A DNA stretch of 16,522 nt from Thermoplasmata archaeon (GTDB taxonomy: Archaea; Thermoplasmatota; SW-10-69-26; JACQPN01; JAJPHT01): contig JAXDQU010000040.1 of NCBI GenBank assembly GCA_034667685.1, forward strand, positions 1 through 16,522, given 5' to 3'. Below are positions 6,618-14,679 of this stretch, one piece after another. The notes under the pieces are model-generated. The model was not told where the DNA came from. It made no database searches and worked only from the letters and a program-made list of their open reading frames with translations. The position numbers were made by a program, and so were the translations under genes. Position 1 is the stretch's first letter. Each line of letters starts with the position of its first letter.

Positions 6618-6973
6618 CAGTTCTCTTTGCTCGTCGCCACGATCAGCTTGTGCGTGAGCGCCATCGTCCGCCCCAGCAGCGGCCGCGCTTCGGTGGAGAG
6701 CGTCGAGACGCCAGCCGTCCTGTCCGTGAGATCAAGGATGGCAAGGCATTCCGCCGTCGAGCGCCGCGACATCCGGTAGAACCTGGCCTTCTCCGCGGGG
6801 CGATACTCGGCCGCGCCCTCCGCGAGGTTCAGCACGATGGAGGACGCGGCGCGTCGGAGCTGGTCGCGCAGGTCGCCGTGCGCCGGCGGAAGCTCGCGCG
6901 CGAGGCCGAAGAGGAGCACGGCCGCGTCGAGACCGCGCTGGTAGGCGATGAGGCTCTCGTGGGGGGCAGGCAT
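6617..6973 (-). CDS. Four-helix-bundle protein (23S rRNA IVP / Avd-like, TIGR02436 type), 118 aa
   Basis: HESLIAYQRG...LRDQLRRAASSIVLNLAEG...EKARFYRMSRRSTAECLAILD matches the family signature. Confidence 0.9.
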   Translation of the reverse strand: MPAPHESLIAYQRGLDAAVLLFGLARELPPAHGDLRDQLRRAASSIVLNLAEGAAEYRPAEKARFYRMSRRSTAECLAILDLTDRTAGVSTLSTEARPLLGRTMALTHKLIVATSKEN

Positions 6974-7004
6974 CGCACGACGGTGGGCGTCGCGGGCTTG
7001 GCTT

Positions 7005-7943
7005 TTATCCGGAGGTCACCCGAGGCGCCGCCTCGCCCCCCGTCCCTTCGAGCCACGCCCGCGCAAGCTCGGAGCGCACGCGGCTGCGGTGCCGCGCGTC
7101 CACCAGATAGCGCAGCGTGAGCGTGACGCGGTCAGGCCCGAGCGCGACGAGCACGACCGGCGCGCGGGGGAACGCGGTGTCGATCGCGGCGGCCTCCGTG
7201 GCGCGCGCGTAGCGCTCGGCCATCTGGGCATGCTCGGCCGGCGGGATTACCCGCTGCGCGACGTCGTGCAGGAGCCGCTGCGCCGCGGCGAGGTCGCTGC
7301 CGTATGCCACCGCGAACGCCAGCTCGTCGAACACGATGGGCGCGTCGCCGGTGGCGTTCGCCACGGGCTTCTCGAGGAAGATCGCGTTGCTGACGCTGAG
7401 CACGCGCCCGGTCGCGCGGCCCGTGGCGCCGTCCACTTCCCAGAGCCTCGTGGAGAAGAGGGCGATCTCCAGGACGTCGCCGTGGAGCTTGTCGACCTCG
7501 ATGCGGTCGCCGACGCGGAAGAGGCGCGTGAAGAGGATCGCGCACCATCCGCCCACGGCCAGGATCGGGCGCTGCAGGGCGAGCGTGAGGCCGAAGCCCA
7601 CCAGGCCCAGTGATAGCAGCGTGCCGGTGAAGCTGCCGAACGTCACCGCCACGAGCAGGACGACGACGAGGATCGCCGTGACGCTCTCCAGGGCCGAGAG
7701 CGAGTCGAGGTCGCGCCGCGAGAGGTGCGTCAGCGCGCGCCGGCCCCCGGCGCGGAAGAGCGCGAAGAGCGCGGCGGTGACGGCGAGCGCGATGCCCAGC
7801 GGCACGAGCGCCTGCGCGGCGCCGCGCGTGAAGGACGTGCCAAGGAGCGTGCCGGCGGCGAGCCCCGCGCGCACGATGGCGGCCGCGCCCGTCGCGAAGA
7901 CGAGCGCCGCGAGCAGGAGCCCCAGCGGGCGGAGGCGCGCCAT
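7005..7943 (-). CDS. mscS: Small-conductance mechanosensitive channel family protein (312 aa)
   Basis: TM helices, then SLGLVGFGLTLALQRPI, FRVGDRIEV, GDVLEIALFSTRL, GRVLSVSNA and FAVAYGSDL. ATG 7943 lies 2 nt after the upstream gene's stop. Confidence 0.88.
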   Translation of the reverse strand: MARLRPLGLLLAALVFATGAAAIVRAGLAAGTLLGTSFTRGAAQALVPLGIALAVTAALFALFRAGGRRALTHLSRRDLDSLSALESVTAILVVVLLVAVTFGSFTGTLLSLGLVGFGLTLALQRPILAVGGWCAILFTRLFRVGDRIEVDKLHGDVLEIALFSTRLWEVDGATGRATGRVLSVSNAIFLEKPVANATGDAPIVFDELAFAVAYGSDLAAAQRLLHDVAQRVIPPAEHAQMAERYARATEAAAIDTAFPRAPVVLVALGPDRVTLTLRYLVDARHRSRVRSELARAWLEGTGGEAAPRVTSG

Positions 7944-7945
7944 GC

Positions 7946-8377
7946 TCAAAGCGCGTCGCGTTCGAGCGTGGCGGCGCGGTCCATGTGGATCGGCGGCGGG
8001 CCCGCGAGCGCGCGGCAGAATCCCTCGTCGTCCAGGCCGCTGTGCAGGCACATGCGGATGTCCTCGACGCGGCGGATCGCCTCGTTGTCCTCGGGCGCGG
8101 CCATCGGCCCGAACATGAAGGTGCCCGTGCCCCACGCGCCGCACTTCGGGCAGCGCAGCGCCGCGACGAGCGCCATGTCGGCCGGGTCGGACGCGCCCTC
8201 CACGCGCCGCAGGCTGTCGAGGCGCACCGTCGAGGGATCGTTGCGCGTCTGGCACGTGAAGCAGAGGATCGCGCCGCCTTCGCGCGCGCCGAACTGCCCC
8301 TTGTAGCCGCGCGTCTCGTAGAACTGGATCGCCTCGCGCAGCGTCAGGCCGCCGGTCTCCGCGCCTCGGGACTGCAT
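7946..8377 (-). CDS. Conserved hypothetical protein with two CxxC motifs (probable Zn binding), 143 aa
   Basis: CFTC and CPKC flank RRVEGASDPADM. Good GC3. Tightly coupled to mscS. Confidence 0.8.
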   Translation of the reverse strand: MQSRGAETGGLTLREAIQFYETRGYKGQFGAREGGAILCFTCQTRNDPSTVRLDSLRRVEGASDPADMALVAALRCPKCGAWGTGTFMFGPMAAPEDNEAIRRVEDIRMCLHSGLDDEGFCRALAGPPPIHMDRAATLERDAL

Positions 8378-8438
8378 GCCAACGCCGATCGGCCGCGATG
8401 CGAGAAGCCCGTTCTGGCCGCTTCGTCGGTCCGCGCCC

Positions 8439-8915
8439 TCAGCTCAGCCCGAGCCCGGTGCTCTCGCGGACCGCCGAGGACTCCATCTCGCGCGCCCGCG
8501 CCCGGGAGTCGTCGAGCGCGGCGGCCGAGCCCTGCAGCATGTCGAGCACGAGCTGGAGCACCTCCTGGCTGCGCAGCGGCTTCTGCACGTAGGCGTCGAT
8601 GCGCGCGGCCTGGATGCGGTGGATGCCGGTGGGCACCTCGTTGTACCCCGTCATCAGCACGCGGCGCCCGGAAGGGTTGCGCCCGCACGCGGCCAGCAGC
8701 ACCTCGACGCCGTCCACCTGGCGCATCCGGAAGTCGGAGATCACGAGGTCGAACGGCTCGCTCGCGGCGAGCTCCTTCGCGCGCTGGCTGTTGACCTCCG
8801 TGACGAGTTGGACGGGCATGACGCGCACGCGACGCATCAGCCCCTTGAAGAGGTCGAGGATCTCGGGCACGTCGTCCACCACCAGGACGCGGGCGGTGTC
8901 GGTCGTGGCGCTCAT
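8439..8915 (-). CDS. Stand-alone response regulator receiver protein (158 aa)
   Basis: VLVVDD, DLVISDFRM (phospho-Asp), LMTGY and YVQKP. No recognisable output domain. Confidence 0.9.
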   Translation of the reverse strand: MSATTDTARVLVVDDVPEILDLFKGLMRRVRVMPVQLVTEVNSQRAKELAASEPFDLVISDFRMRQVDGVEVLLAACGRNPSGRRVLMTGYNEVPTGIHRIQAARIDAYVQKPLRSQEVLQLVLDMLQGSAAALDDSRARAREMESSAVRESTGLGLS

Positions 8916-9042
8916 GCCCCCTCCTTTCCGCCCGACCTACTTGACCTTCCGGGACCCGTCTCCGGACGGACAGCCCGCCCGCCCGCGCCCGGCGGCCTGG
9001 ACGCCACGCCCTTGAAGCACGAGACGGCGCTGAGCAGCACGC

Positions 9043-9339
9043 ATGACGCCTCCCCCGAACACGAGCGGTCAGCAGCAGATGAAGCGCGACCAGCGCACGG
9101 CCGAAAGCCAGACCTGGCACCGCACGGCCAAGGTCATCGAGCTGATCGGGAACTCGGAGACCTCCTTCGAGGACGCCGTGAAGAACGCCCTGGAGGACGC
9201 CAGCCGCACCATCCGCCACATCAGCGGCGCCGAGGTCATCCGCTCGTCCGTGAAGTGCGAGGAGGGGCGCGTCATCGAGTACCGCGTCGACCTGCGCATC
9301 GCGTTCGGGATCGAGAAGGGCGACCCGGACGCGGTGTGA
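9043..9339 (+). CDS. Dodecin family flavin-binding protein
   Basis: AKVIELIGNSETSFEDAVKNALEDASRTIRHI...EYRVDLRIAFGIE. Alternative start at ATG 9079. Confidence 0.92.
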   Translation: MTPPPNTSGQQQMKRDQRTAESQTWHRTAKVIELIGNSETSFEDAVKNALEDASRTIRHISGAEVIRSSVKCEEGRVIEYRVDLRIAFGIEKGDPDAV

Positions 9340-9410
9340 GGCGCCTGGCGAAGCGCCGTACCACAGCAGGGATGGCGCTTCGCGGGCTCCCTGGTCGTGA
9401 GGCTTGAGAA

Positions 9411-9569
9411 TTGGCGACCCGAGCGAAGAAGGCCCGCTACGCCGCGCTGCGCCCGCACACGGCGCGCATCCTGAAGGTCGCCGAGTACCCGGTGCACGTC
9501 AACGGCGCGTACCTGGACAACCCCGAGCGCATCCCCCTTCTCGAACGGAAGGCCGACGAGCGGCGCTAA
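9411..9569 (+). CDS. Putative small basic protein (52 aa), not in the ORF track
   Basis: TTG 9411 to TAA 9569 gives MATRAKKARYAALRPHTARILKVAEYPVHVNGAYLDNPERIPLLERKADERR. Almost all third positions are G/C. GTGAGG lies 8 nt upstream. It fills the dodecin-DUF5611 gap. Confidence 0.6.
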   Translation: MATRAKKARYAALRPHTARILKVAEYPVHVNGAYLDNPERIPLLERKADERR

Positions 9570-9602
9570 GGTATTTGCCTGGGCTTCCGCGTCCCGTGGC
9601 GT

Positions 9603-9944
9603 ATGCGGGACTATGAGCTTCGCCGCGGCCACTGGAAGACCATCGACGGGGAGAAGCTGCTCCACTTGATGCAGGACGTCTTCGGCGAGACGAAGAAGGT
9701 CGGCGCCGGCTTCCAGGTCGAGAACTGGGGCGCGCTCTCGAAGATGTACTGCGAGCAGCTGGGCAAGACGCACCTGCGCGTGGACACGACCATGAACCCG
9801 AAGGTCGCCAACGAGGACGCGCAGAAGACGCTGCGCGCCTACAACGACTTCCTGGAGCTCGCCACCGGCTACAACGCGAAGGAGCGCTCCAAGCGCGCCC
9901 AGGCCGAGGCCAAGAAGGGCGCCGAGGACGTTCCCGACGTCTGA
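9603..9944 (+). CDS. DUF5611-like archaeal conserved protein (113 aa)
   Basis: MRDYELRRGH...MQDVFG...WGALSKM...LRVDT...YNDFLELATGYNAKERSKRAQ. AAGGTATTTG box about 26 nt upstream. Confidence 0.85.
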   Translation: MRDYELRRGHWKTIDGEKLLHLMQDVFGETKKVGAGFQVENWGALSKMYCEQLGKTHLRVDTTMNPKVANEDAQKTLRAYNDFLELATGYNAKERSKRAQAEAKKGAEDVPDV

Positions 9945-9946
9945 GC

Positions 9947-10624
9947 ATGGACGTTCCCCTTCTCGCGTTCTCGTTCCTCCTGGGCGCGAACGCCTTCTTC
10001 TCGCCGTGCGGCTTCCCGATGCTTCCGGCGTACCTGGCCTACTACCTGCCGCGCGGGGGGACCGGCCCGCACACGCCGCTGCGGGGGCTTGCGCGCGGGC
10101 TCGCGGGCGGCGCGCTCGCGGCGCTGGGCGCCGTCGCGGTGCTGGGCGCGGTGGGCCTGCTCGCGGCCACGCTGGGCGCGCCGTTCAAGGCGCGCGTCGC
10201 GGACCTGGAGCTGGTCGGCGGGCTCGTCACGCTCGCGCTGGGCATCCTGACGCTGGCGGGGCGCGGCCCGGCGTTCGCCGTCGCCCTCCAGCCCGCCCGC
10301 GCGCGCAGCGCCTGGGCGCTCGTGGGCTTCGGCGCGCTCTACGCCGCCGTCGCCGCCTCGTGCGTCGCGCCGCTCCTGCTCTCGGTGCTCGTGCAGGCCT
10401 TCGTCGCGCCCACGCTGCTCGAAGGCGCGCTCGTCGTGCTCGCCTACGCCGCCGGCCTCGCGCTGCTCCTCGTCGCGGCCACGGTCCTCGTCGCGCTCGC
10501 GCAGGAGACCGTGCTGCGCGCGATGCGGCGGGCGCTCCCGTGGATCGCGCGGGCGAGCGGCGTCATCCTCGTGCTCGTCGGGCTCTACGTCCTCTGGTAC
10601 TGGCGCGTCCAGCTCGCCGCGTGA
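9947..10624 (+). CDS. ccdA: CcdA/DsbD-beta family thiol-disulfide transmembrane electron transporter (225 aa)
   Basis: FFSPCGFPMLPAYLAY and AASCVAPLL give the two membrane Cys. About 6 TM helices. C-terminal ASGVILVLVGLYVL. Confidence 0.88.
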   Translation: MDVPLLAFSFLLGANAFFSPCGFPMLPAYLAYYLPRGGTGPHTPLRGLARGLAGGALAALGAVAVLGAVGLLAATLGAPFKARVADLELVGGLVTLALGILTLAGRGPAFAVALQPARARSAWALVGFGALYAAVAASCVAPLLLSVLVQAFVAPTLLEGALVVLAYAAGLALLLVAATVLVALAQETVLRAMRRALPWIARASGVILVLVGLYVLWYWRVQLAA

Positions 10625-10626
10625 GC

Positions 10627-11496
10627 TCACCGCGCGGGCGCTTCGGCGAGCTGCGCGTGGAACTGGTGCCCGCAGTGGGGGCATTGCTGTGCGGGGAGCT
10701 TCTTGGGCTCATCGGGCACGAGCGTCTTGCGCTTGGTCACGCGGTCGTGGAAGCCGCTGGCGAGGATGGCCGTGGGGAGCGCGACGATGCCCACGCCGAT
10801 GAGCGCGGTGGCGCCGCCGGCGATCTTGCCCAGGACGGTCACGGGGTAGACGTCGCCGTAGCCGATGGTCGTGAGCGTGATGATGCTCCACCACATGGAT
10901 TCGGGGATGTTGCCGAACTTGTCGGGCTGCGCGTCGCGCTCGGCGATGTAGAGGACGCACGAGCTGAGGACCAGCATGACCATCGCGGCGCCCAGGGCGA
11001 CGGTGAGGTCGGCGCGCTTCTCCTTGAACACCTCGCTCAAGTGGTGGACGGCGGGCGTGTAGCGGCCCAGCTTCAGCAGGCGGAAGAGCCGGAAGAAGCG
11101 CAGCAGGAAGAGGAAGCGCAGGTCCGCGCCGCCGCCCCCCAGGAGGATGACCAGGCTGGGCGCGATGGCGGCGAGGTCGATGAGCGCGGCGGGCGTCACG
11201 ACGTAGCGGAGGCGGCCCACGAAGGGCTTTTGATAGCGCGGGTCCGCCGTGATCGACCAGGCGCGGAGCAGGTACTCGACGCTGAAGATGGCGAGCGAGG
11301 CGTACTCGAACGCGCGGAACCAGCCGTGGTAGGACGCCTCCAGCGCGTCGACGGATTCGAGGATGACGGCGAGCGCGTTGGCGGCGATGAGCGCGATGAG
11401 GCCCAGCGTGATCCAGTAGAGGCCGGGCTCGGTCTCGGGGTCGGTGTCCAGCGTCTCGAAGACCCGCACGCGGAAGGGCTTCGCCGGCTCGCTCAT
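10627..11496 (-). CDS. Voltage-gated-type potassium channel / ion transporter
   Basis: S4-like LRFFRLFRLLKLGRY, pore WWSIITLTTIGYGD and C-terminal CPHCG. ATG 11496 preferred over GTG 11508 because TTTAAGT (11521-11527, minus) lies 25 nt upstream. Confidence 0.92.
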   Translation of the reverse strand: MSEPAKPFRVRVFETLDTDPETEPGLYWITLGLIALIAANALAVILESVDALEASYHGWFRAFEYASLAIFSVEYLLRAWSITADPRYQKPFVGRLRYVVTPAALIDLAAIAPSLVILLGGGGADLRFLFLLRFFRLFRLLKLGRYTPAVHHLSEVFKEKRADLTVALGAAMVMLVLSSCVLYIAERDAQPDKFGNIPESMWWSIITLTTIGYGDVYPVTVLGKIAGGATALIGVGIVALPTAILASGFHDRVTKRKTLVPDEPKKLPAQQCPHCGHQFHAQLAEAPAR

Positions 11497-11520
11497 CGAC
11501 GGCGGCACGCGCGCCCGGGG

Positions 11521-11527
11521 ACTTAAA
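11521..11527 (-). promoter_or_regulatory. Putative TATA box TTTAAGT for the K+ channel gene
   Basis: Only A/T run in the 51-nt intergenic gap, at archaeal TATA distance from ATG 11496. Confidence 0.6.
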
Positions 11528-11547
11528 GCGCGGGGAGAGCGACGCCT

Positions 11548-12072
11548 TCAGCCGATCGTCAGGGTCAGGATGACCGCGTTGGCCTGCGCGTCGAGGATGC
11601 GTAGCGTGTCGCCGCCGTGGAGGCCGCCGATCGCGATCGTGTCGCCGGCCTGCACGGGGGAGGACGCGGCGTCGCGCGTCGAGCCGGAGCAGGCCAGGTA
11701 GACGTCCGCGGCCGAGAGCGTGGCGGGGCACGCGCCGGCCGCGTCCAGGGGGCGCGTGGCGCCGTTGATCGTGAACGCGAGGCCACCGTAGGTCATGCCC
11801 ACGGAGGCGGAGGCGATGGTGTACGACTTCATGCCGTCCTGCAGCGCGCCCGAGGAGGTGATGGAGAGGCTGCGGGCCGGCGCTCCGGTCGGCGTGGGCG
11901 TCGCGGGCGCGATCACGCCGCACACGATCCGGGCGCCTGCGTCGATCCCGACGACGGCCTGGCCGGCGGGGCAGGAGAAGGCGGCTCGTCCGGCGCTCGC
12001 GTCGTCGGCGGGACCCGGGCTCAGGCAGCCGGCGAGGAGCAGGGCAAGCACAAGGACGAGGAGGACGCGCAT
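11548..12072 (-). CDS. Hypothetical lipoprotein (174 aa)
   Basis: MRVLLVLVLALLLAGC lipobox, a small CPAGQAVVGID-x6-C module, a PATPTPTGAP linker and a beta-rich C-terminal domain. Confidence 0.82.
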   Translation of the reverse strand: MRVLLVLVLALLLAGCLSPGPADDASAGRAAFSCPAGQAVVGIDAGARIVCGVIAPATPTPTGAPARSLSITSSGALQDGMKSYTIASASVGMTYGGLAFTINGATRPLDAAGACPATLSAADVYLACSGSTRDAASSPVQAGDTIAIGGLHGGDTLRILDAQANAVILTLTIG

Positions 12073-12130
12073 CGGAGCCGCACCGCGCGCCAGGTAACAT
12101 GAAGGGCGCGCAGACCGGACGAGCGCACGT

Positions 12131-13498
12131 TCAGCCTTGGCGCAGGTGCCACGCCTTGGGCTGCGTGAACGCGAGGATGCCGTCCCGGCCGAGCGTCACG
12201 CCGATGCCGGAGTGGCCGCGGCCCGACCAGGGGAGGCGCGGGCTGACACGGTCGCAGCAGTTCCAGTACGCGCTCCCCACGCGCACGCCGCGCAGGATCG
12301 CCCGCGCCCTCGCCTCGTCGCGGGCGTAGACGCCGGCGGTCAGGCCGTAGGGCGTGTCGTTCATGAGGCGCAGCGCCTCGGCGTCGTCGCGGCACGCCAT
12401 GAGGCCGATGACCGGGCCGAAGCTCTCCTCGCGCATCACCTCCATTGCGTGGTCGACGTGGGTGAGGACGGTGGGCTCGAACCAGTTGCCCGGCTGGCGG
12501 ATGCGCGCGCCGCCCATGCGCACCTGGGCGCCCTTCGCGCGCGCGTCGGCGACCTGGCGCTCCAGCACGTCGAGCTGCGGCGCGCGGGCCAGCGGGCCGA
12601 CGTACGTCTTCTCGTCCATCGGGTCGCCCACGACGAAGCGCTTGACCTCGGCGAGGAAGGCGTCGACGAACGAGTCGAAGACCGCCTGGTGGACGTACAC
12701 GCGCTCGACGCTGCAGCACGACTGGCCCGCGTTGTAGAACGCGCCGTCCGCGACGGAAGCCGCGGCCTTCGTGATGTCAACGTCGTCGCAGACGTACACC
12801 GGGTCCTTGCCGCCCAGCTCCAATTGCACGTGGATCATGCGCGGGGCGGCGGCCGTGGCGATCTTCTGGCCCGTGGCGTACGAGCCGGTGAAGAACACGC
12901 CGTCGACCGGCTGCTCCACGAGCGCCGCGCCCACGGGGCCCGCGCCCACGACCGGCGCGAAGACGTCGCGCGGCACGCCCGCCGCGTGCATCATCTGCGC
13001 GATGGCGAGGCCCGTGAGCGTGGCGTGCTCGCTGGGCTTGTAGAGCACCGCGTTGCCCGCGATCAGCGCGGGGACGAAGACGTTGGAGCCGACGAAGTAC
13101 GGGTAGTTCCACGCGCTGACGTTGGCGACCACGCCGAGCGGCTCGCGCGCCACGACCTCGCGCATCCCCTCGTGGCTCCAGACCTCCTGGTCGGCGAGCG
13201 CCGCGCCGCTTTCGGCGAGGAAGAAGTCGATCCGCGCGAGCAGGCCGTTGAGCTCGTTGCGGCTCTGCGCGATCGGCTTCCCGACCTCCGTCGTCAGCGT
13301 CTTCGCAAGCTCCTCCTTGCGCGCCACGACCTGCGCGCGGAAGGCGCGGATCGCGTCGAGGCGCAGCGCGAGCGGAAGCGCGGCCCACGCGGGCTGGGCG
13401 GCGCGCGCGGCGGCGAGCTTGCGCGCGATCGTGGCGGGCGTGTCGGTCTCGACGCGCGTGACGACCTGGCCGTCGGCCGGGTTGACGACGTCGAGCAT
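12131..13498 (-). CDS. Aldehyde dehydrogenase family protein (455 aa)
   Basis: AWNYPY, KPSE, FTGSYATG, LELGGKDP, NAGQSCCS and EESFGP. Start ATG 13498 overlaps the ADH stop (TGATG). Confidence 0.95.
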   Translation of the reverse strand: MLDVVNPADGQVVTRVETDTPATIARKLAAARAAQPAWAALPLALRLDAIRAFRAQVVARKEELAKTLTTEVGKPIAQSRNELNGLLARIDFFLAESGAALADQEVWSHEGMREVVAREPLGVVANVSAWNYPYFVGSNVFVPALIAGNAVLYKPSEHATLTGLAIAQMMHAAGVPRDVFAPVVGAGPVGAALVEQPVDGVFFTGSYATGQKIATAAAPRMIHVQLELGGKDPVYVCDDVDITKAAASVADGAFYNAGQSCCSVERVYVHQAVFDSFVDAFLAEVKRFVVGDPMDEKTYVGPLARAPQLDVLERQVADARAKGAQVRMGGARIRQPGNWFEPTVLTHVDHAMEVMREESFGPVIGLMACRDDAEALRLMNDTPYGLTAGVYARDEARARAILRGVRVGSAYWNCCDRVSPRLPWSGRGHSGIGVTLGRDGILAFTQPKAWHLRQG

Positions 13499-14622
13499 CA
13501 CGCCGCCTCGCGGAAGATGCGCTGGAAGTCGGCGAGCGCGGCGGGCACCGGGTTGTTCTGGTGGCACGAGTCCGCGAGCGCGGCCTCGGGGAGCTTCGCG
13601 AGGTGCTCCTTCGTGACGCCCGCCTGCGCGAGCTTCGCGGGGACGCCCACCTGCGCCTTGAGGTCGGCGAGCCAGCGCAGGAAGTCGCCGTCCTTCGCGC
13701 CCACCACGCGCGCCATCTCGGCGAAGCGCTCGGCGCGCGCCTTCTGGTTCATGGCGACCGCGTGGTCGATCATGATGCCGCACGCCAGGCCGTGGTGCAT
13801 GTCGGCGATCTGCCCCAGCGCGTGGGCGCAGGAGTGCGCGACCCCCAAGCCCTTCTGGAACGCGATCGCCCCCATCATGCTCGCCATCATCATGTCGCTG
13901 CGCGCGTCCAGGTCGTTGCCGCGGGCCACGGCTCGCGGCAACGACCAGGACGCGAGCCTCAGCCCTTCGAGCGCGATGCCGTCGCAGATCGGATGATGGT
14001 CCTTCGCGAGATAGCTTTCCACGCAGTGGGTGACCGCGTCCATGCCCGTCGCGGCGGTGATCTTGGCGGGCAGGTCGAGCGTCAGCTCGGGATCGGCGAA
14101 GACCGCGCGGGCCAGGAGGCGCGGGTGGAACACGATGCGCTTGACGTGGTGCGCGTCCGAGATGACGGTGCTGCGCCCGACCTCGCTGCCCGTGCCGCTC
14201 GTGGTGGGGAGCGCGATCCAGTAGGGGATCTCGCGGCTGACGGGGAGCGCGCCGGGCTTGCCGTCCTCGTAGTCGAGCACGCTTCCCGGGTGGTGCGACA
14301 TGAGCGCGACGGCCTTCGCGACGTCGAGCGCAGCGCCCCCGCCGATGCCCACGATGCAGTCCGCGCGGTGGTCGTGGAACGCCTTCGCGCCCGCGGCGAC
14401 GTGCGCCTCGACCGGGTTGCCCGCGACGCCGCTGTAGACCGCGACGTCGAGCGGCGAGAGCGACGCGACGAACTTCTTGAACAGGGGAAGTTGCGCGAGG
14501 CCCTGGTCCGTCACGACGAGCGGCCGCTCGTAGCGCTCCGCCTGCAGGTGCGCGGGCACCTCGCGCGAGGCGCCCGGGCCGAAGCGGATGGCGGTGGGGA
14601 AGCTGAAGGAGGCGACGGGCAC
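13498..14622 (-). CDS. Iron-containing alcohol dehydrogenase
   Basis: FSFPTAIRFGPG, GIGGGAALDVAK, PTTSGTGSE, GMDAVTHCVE, GVAHSCAH and HHGLAC. Start GTG 14622 or TTG 14631. Confidence 0.95.
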   Translation of the reverse strand: MPVASFSFPTAIRFGPGASREVPAHLQAERYERPLVVTDQGLAQLPLFKKFVASLSPLDVAVYSGVAGNPVEAHVAAGAKAFHDHRADCIVGIGGGAALDVAKAVALMSHHPGSVLDYEDGKPGALPVSREIPYWIALPTTSGTGSEVGRSTVISDAHHVKRIVFHPRLLARAVFADPELTLDLPAKITAATGMDAVTHCVESYLAKDHHPICDGIALEGLRLASWSLPRAVARGNDLDARSDMMMASMMGAIAFQKGLGVAHSCAHALGQIADMHHGLACGIMIDHAVAMNQKARAERFAEMARVVGAKDGDFLRWLADLKAQVGVPAKLAQAGVTKEHLAKLPEAALADSCHQNNPVPAALADFQRIFREAA

Positions 14623-14646
14623 ATGGTGCAAGCCGCTGGCCTGGTG

Positions 14647-14658
14647 CTAAGGGTTTTC
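14647..14658 (-). promoter_or_regulatory. Putative archaeal BRE/TATA promoter GAAAACCCTTAG for the ADH-ALDH operon
   Basis: Matches the element at 5032-5044 in sequence and in spacing to a GTG. Confidence 0.55.
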
Positions 14659-14679
14659 CCCATCTTCGTCAAGCCCCCT

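Noticed and set aside
6617-6973. 23S rRNA intervening sequence
   Set aside because: The flanks are protein-coding genes and no rRNA sequence is visible.
9947-10624. CcdA as the dedicated redox partner of the Cys-rich secreted cluster
   Set aside because: It is 7.5 kb away, coupled to DUF5611, and has no adjacent thioredoxin. Nothing in the sequence links them.
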